Positions 60,745 to 64,000 of a DNA stretch of 64,000 nucleotides are shown piece after piece. This stretch comes from Bacillota bacterium. GTDB taxonomy: Bacteria; Bacillota; Clostridia; DUPQ01. The stretch spans positions 18,104 to 82,103 of the forward strand of contig JAKJBR010000001.1 in assembly GCA_022706885.1 (NCBI GenBank), read 5' to 3'. Position 1 is the first letter of the stretch; each line of letters starts with the position of its first letter. The notes beneath the pieces are model-generated. The model did no database searches, was not told where the DNA came from, and saw only the letters and a program-made list of their open reading frames with translations. Both the position numbers and the translations under genes were made by a program.

Positions 60745-61599
60745 ATGATTGTACAGAAGGCGAATGCAAAAATAAATATCGGTCTGGACATCAAAGGGTT
60801 AAGGCAAGACAGATATCATGAAATTGATACCGTTATGCAAACGGTGGAACTGGGTGACCGTATAACTTTTGCCGAGAGAGAGAAAGGTATACAATTCTGG
60901 TGTGATGACAGTTCTATTAAGAACAATGAAAATACCGCTTTCATTGCTGCAAAGCTGTTCATGAAAGAGATGGGCATAAAACGCGGTATAAAAATTGACC
61001 TGTATAAAACCATACCTCTGTTTTCCGGTCTGGGCGGAGGAAGCGCCGATGCCGCTGCGGTATTAAGAGGACTTAACTTCCTTTTTAATACAGGTCTTCC
61101 GTATGAAGATTTGGAAAAAATGGCTGCATTGATAGGTTCCGATGTGCCTTTTTGCATCAGAGGAGGAACACAACGAGCAACCGGAAGAGGTGAGACATTA
61201 AAGCGGCTGAAAGATTTTTCCGATGTTTGGTTTGTTATAGTAAAACCCAAAGACTCCGTGGAGACGGCATGGGCATATAAAGAATATGATAAGATAAGCA
61301 ATCCCGTGAGACCGGATATGGACCTGATTGAATCTTTATTGGAAGAAAGAGACATTGAAGGACTTAAAGGCAATGTTGTAAACATATTTGAAAAAGTCGT
61401 TATACCCCACAAACCTTCCATTCAAAAGGCAATAGAGGATCTTTCCGAAACCGATGCTGTTACGGTGTTTATGACCGGTTCGGGATCGGGGGTAGCGGCA
61501 ATGTACAACGAAATGAGACTTGCAAGCATGGCATACACGTCTTTGTCAAGAAAACATGATGACATATTCATAACCAAGACCTCGGGAGGACTTAAATGA
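60745..61599 (+). CDS. ispE: 4-(cytidine 5'-diphospho)-2-C-methyl-D-erythritol kinase
   Basis: Motifs KANAKINIGLDI and PLFSGLGGGSADAAAVL (GHMP kinase). Confidence 0.9.
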   Translation: MIVQKANAKINIGLDIKGLRQDRYHEIDTVMQTVELGDRITFAEREKGIQFWCDDSSIKNNENTAFIAAKLFMKEMGIKRGIKIDLYKTIPLFSGLGGGSADAAAVLRGLNFLFNTGLPYEDLEKMAALIGSDVPFCIRGGTQRATGRGETLKRLKDFSDVWFVIVKPKDSVETAWAYKEYDKISNPVRPDMDLIESLLEERDIEGLKGNVVNIFEKVVIPHKPSIQKAIEDLSETDAVTVFMTGSGSGVAAMYNEMRLASMAYTSLSRKHDDIFITKTSGGLK

Positions 61600-61976
61600 G
61601 GATTGCATGCGGTACGGATATAGTGGAGAATAGAAGAATATCCGATGCCGTGAGTCGTACGGACAGATTTTTGGAAAAGAACTTTACACAAAGGGAGATA
61701 GAATACTGCAAATCCAAAAAAGCCTTAATGAATCAAAGCCTTGCCGCAAGATTTGCAGCAAAGGAAGCGGTATCAAAAGCGTTGGGAACGGGATTTTGCG
61801 CTGTTGTGCAACCCATTCATATTGAAGTTATAAATGACGATAAAGGAAAACCGCATATTGTATTGAATGAGCAACTTAAAACCCGCTTCCCCGAAATTGC
61901 GGATATAAGTGTAAGTCTCTCACATTGCAAGGACTATTCGGTTGCCTATGCGGTAATAACCTTTAAAGAGGAGTAA
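61596..61976 (+). CDS. acpS: Holo-[acyl-carrier-protein] synthase
   Basis: Motifs GTDIVENRRI, FAAKEAVSKALG and SLSHCKDY. Confidence 0.9.
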   Translation: MRIACGTDIVENRRISDAVSRTDRFLEKNFTQREIEYCKSKKALMNQSLAARFAAKEAVSKALGTGFCAVVQPIHIEVINDDKGKPHIVLNEQLKTRFPEIADISVSLSHCKDYSVAYAVITFKEE

Positions 61977-61977
61977 G

Positions 61978-63024
61978 ATGGCTCTAACATTTTTTCATAT
62001 GGCAGACATACATCTGGACCAGCCGTTTTCATCATTAGGATTGCAGGAAGGATTTCCCTCAAAAAGAAGAGAAGAGATTTTCCATGAGTTTATGAGGATA
62101 CTGGAAACGGCAAGGGAAGAGCAACCCTCTTTTATATTTATATCAGGGGATCTTTATGAACACGAATATACCAACATAAAAAGGATAAGCAGGATTAATG
62201 AAGCCTTTTCCGAACTTAAAGGAAATATTATCCTTATATCCGGCAATCATGACCCCGAATCCAAGAACTCTTTTTACAGAAGCTTCCCGTGGTCGGAAAA
62301 TGTGCATGTGTTGAGAAGAAGCAAGCCGAATGTTGTTTTTGAAAAAGAGAAAGTATGTGTCTTCGGAATAGGCTATGATACCGGAGGCGGTCAGGCAAAA
62401 ATTTTGGAGACAATTCGTACCGACAGAAAGTATATCAATGTGCTGCTTTTGCATGGCGATGTGGATTTGTCTCTTTCCACATACAATGCCGTCAGTTCGG
62501 ATATGTTGAAAGATATAGGATTTAATTATGTGGCATTGGGACACAACCACAGGATGTATGTAAAAGACAATATATATAATCCCGGCAGTCTTTGTGCGTT
62601 GAAATTCGGTGAAGACGGAAAGCATGGATATTTTAAAGGAGATTTATCTACGGGACAAGTGGAATTTGTAGAAAGCAAAGCAAGAAAATACATTGATTTA
62701 AAGATGGATTATGAAAAATTTGCGGACTTTGAAAGAATGTATCCTGACAGGCAGGATATTTACAGGATAAAAGTAACCGGAACAAAAAGCGATTATCAAC
62801 CGCTTGCAACGCCTGAAGGATATGACTATGTACAACTGACAGATGCAAGGACTGCGGAGAAAAAGGAAAAAAAGCAGCATATATCACAGGGAATAAAAGG
62901 AAGATTTACCGATATAATGACAACTAAGATGGAAGAGGTTTTATCGGAAGAGATAAAGATATATGAAGATGCTTTAAAACTGGGATTGCAGGGTTTATCG
63001 GATGAGGAGCTTGATTTGGAATGA
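61978..63024 (+). CDS. SbcD/YhaO-like metallophosphoesterase (DNA repair exonuclease)
   Basis: Motifs FHMADIHLD, ISGDLYE, GNHD and ALGHNH. Confidence 0.8.
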   Translation: MALTFFHMADIHLDQPFSSLGLQEGFPSKRREEIFHEFMRILETAREEQPSFIFISGDLYEHEYTNIKRISRINEAFSELKGNIILISGNHDPESKNSFYRSFPWSENVHVLRRSKPNVVFEKEKVCVFGIGYDTGGGQAKILETIRTDRKYINVLLLHGDVDLSLSTYNAVSSDMLKDIGFNYVALGHNHRMYVKDNIYNPGSLCALKFGEDGKHGYFKGDLSTGQVEFVESKARKYIDLKMDYEKFADFERMYPDRQDIYRIKVTGTKSDYQPLATPEGYDYVQLTDARTAEKKEKKQHISQGIKGRFTDIMTTKMEEVLSEEIKIYEDALKLGLQGLSDEELDLE

Positions 63025-64000
63025 GGATTATAGCGGTTCACATATACGGATACGGTAAACTGACGGACAGGACATTCAATTTTAAAGAAGGCTTTAATTT
63101 AGTGTTGGGAAAAAACGAGTCCGGTAAAAGCACTCTGATGTCGTTTATAAAAGCGATGCTTTACGGGCATAAAAAGAACGAAAGAGAAAAAGACGGTTTT
63201 ATTCCGGAAGTCAAAAAGTACAAACCGTGGAATTCAGACAAATACGGCGGATATCTTATACTGGAGACCGATGAAAAGAAAATATTAAGAGTAGAAAGAG
63301 ACTTCAACGGAAAAACTCTGTCCGTATACAATGAATACGGTGAAGAGATAACAAATGAATTTTCCTTCAGCAAAGAAAACGAGATGCTCGGACAGGATCT
63401 TCTGGGCATGGACTATGAGTGCTTTATCAATTCATCTTTCATGTGTCAGGACAAAAACCTTTTGTACGCAGAAGATAAAGAGCATATTGCTCAGAAACTT
63501 ATGAATATAAACGAATCGGGGGAAGAACAGATTTCGGTAGGAAAAGCTGTAAAGAAACTTAAAGAAGGCATCACTTTATTGGGTAATGAAAGAACAAAAG
63601 GAAGAAAATATAACATATTGAGTGCACAGATAAGGGAAGAGGAAATTAAACTTACAAACATGCAAAATGAGAATAAAAAATGCATGGAGTATCTGGCTGA
63701 AGCGGAAGAGATAAAAAAAGAACTTGAAGAACTGGAGAATGAGGAAAAACTCTGCAAGAAAAGTGAGACTTTTAACCGCGTCAATGAAAACATTGAGGAA
63801 TATGAAAGATACAATAGCGAAAAAGAACAGCTGAAAAAGAAACTTTCCGATACCGATATAGATGCTTATGAAAAGAGAAGAAAAGAATTTGATACCGTTG
63901 CCGAGCAATATAAAGATGCGGAAAGAATATATGAAAGACTTTCGGAAAAAGAAAAAAGAAACAATGCAAAAAGAACCGCTTTTGCGATACTTGCGATACT
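63021..64000 (+). CDS. SbcC/YhaN-like AAA/SMC-type ATPase (5' part, runs off the window end)
   Basis: The ATG at 63021 overlaps the upstream stop (ATGA). Walker A is LGKNESGKST. The frame then stays open in a K/E-rich coiled-coil sequence to position 64000. It is absent from the track because it has no stop in the window. Confidence 0.75.
   Translation, partial: MRIIAVHIYGYGKLTDRTFNFKEGFNLVLGKNESGKSTLMSFIKAMLYGHKKNEREKDGFIPEVKKYKPWNSDKYGGYLILETDEKKILRVERDFNGKTLSVYNEYGEEITNEFSFSKENEMLGQDLLGMDYECFINSSFMCQDKNLLYAEDKEHIAQKLMNINESGEEQISVGKAVKKLKEGITLLGNERTKGRKYNILSAQIREEEIKLTNMQNENKKCMEYLAEAEEIKKELEELENEEKLCKKSETFNRVNENIEEYERYNSEKEQLKKKLSDTDIDAYEKRRKEFDTVAEQYKDAERIYERLSEKEKRNNAKRTAFAILAI

Noticed and set aside
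63161-63969. Cluster of minus-strand ORFs (63161..63409, 63491..63814, 63576..63908, 63781..63969).
   Set aside because: - They are antisense to the K/E-rich coiled-coil region of the SbcC/YhaN-like gene.
- They are Phe/Ser/Leu-rich shadow frames.

Overview
This window is the replication-origin region of a low-GC Bacillota (Clostridia-like) chromosome. I saw no transposase, integrase, prophage, CRISPR array or rRNA. The core is one co-directional minus-strand array running from about 48.0 kb down to 32.9 kb: dnaA, dnaN, recF, remB-like, gyrB, soj/parA, spo0J/parB, DUF4446, two tRNA-Ser genes, rpmH, rnpA, yidD, yidC, jag, mnmE, mnmG and rsmG. DnaA-box clusters lie on both sides of dnaA. A TAG-trinucleotide (DnaA-trio-like) run lies in the dnaA-dnaN spacer. 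Two perfect parS palindromes bracket the parAB operon. Left of this block, from 1 kb upward, are:
- an XpaC/TelA/LemA-like/TPM envelope-stress cluster;
- an isolated Na+-decarboxylase beta subunit with a small possible gamma-like ORF;
- a deoC, BMP-lipoprotein, nucleoside ABC transporter and pdp salvage locus;
- a cell-surface cluster (DUF5050, an S8 protease fused to propeller repeats and SLH domains, CapA);
- typA and a GH4 glycosidase;
- an aconitase-X dehydratase plus OYE/FAD flavoprotein operon, packed directly behind capD and an O-antigen-ligase-like gene;
- a Wzz/CpsD/CpsB tyrosine-kinase module and a TagA-family transferase.
Right of the origin are GTP-PEPCK, a MATE/DUF819-like/glycerol-1-phosphate-dehydrogenase-like trio, tRNA-Ser(GGA), an RNHCP protein, a DUF1538 transporter-like protein with a tandem PII-like partner, an OmpR/HK two-component pair, GtrA, tdh-ispE-acpS and an SbcD/SbcC-like pair that is truncated at the window end. 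No clearly novel system stands out. The best candidates for uncharacterised biology are the AcnX plus ene-reductase module, the DUF1538/double-PII pair, and the unusual origin synteny with its parS layout. All calls come from reading motifs by eye, with no database searches.
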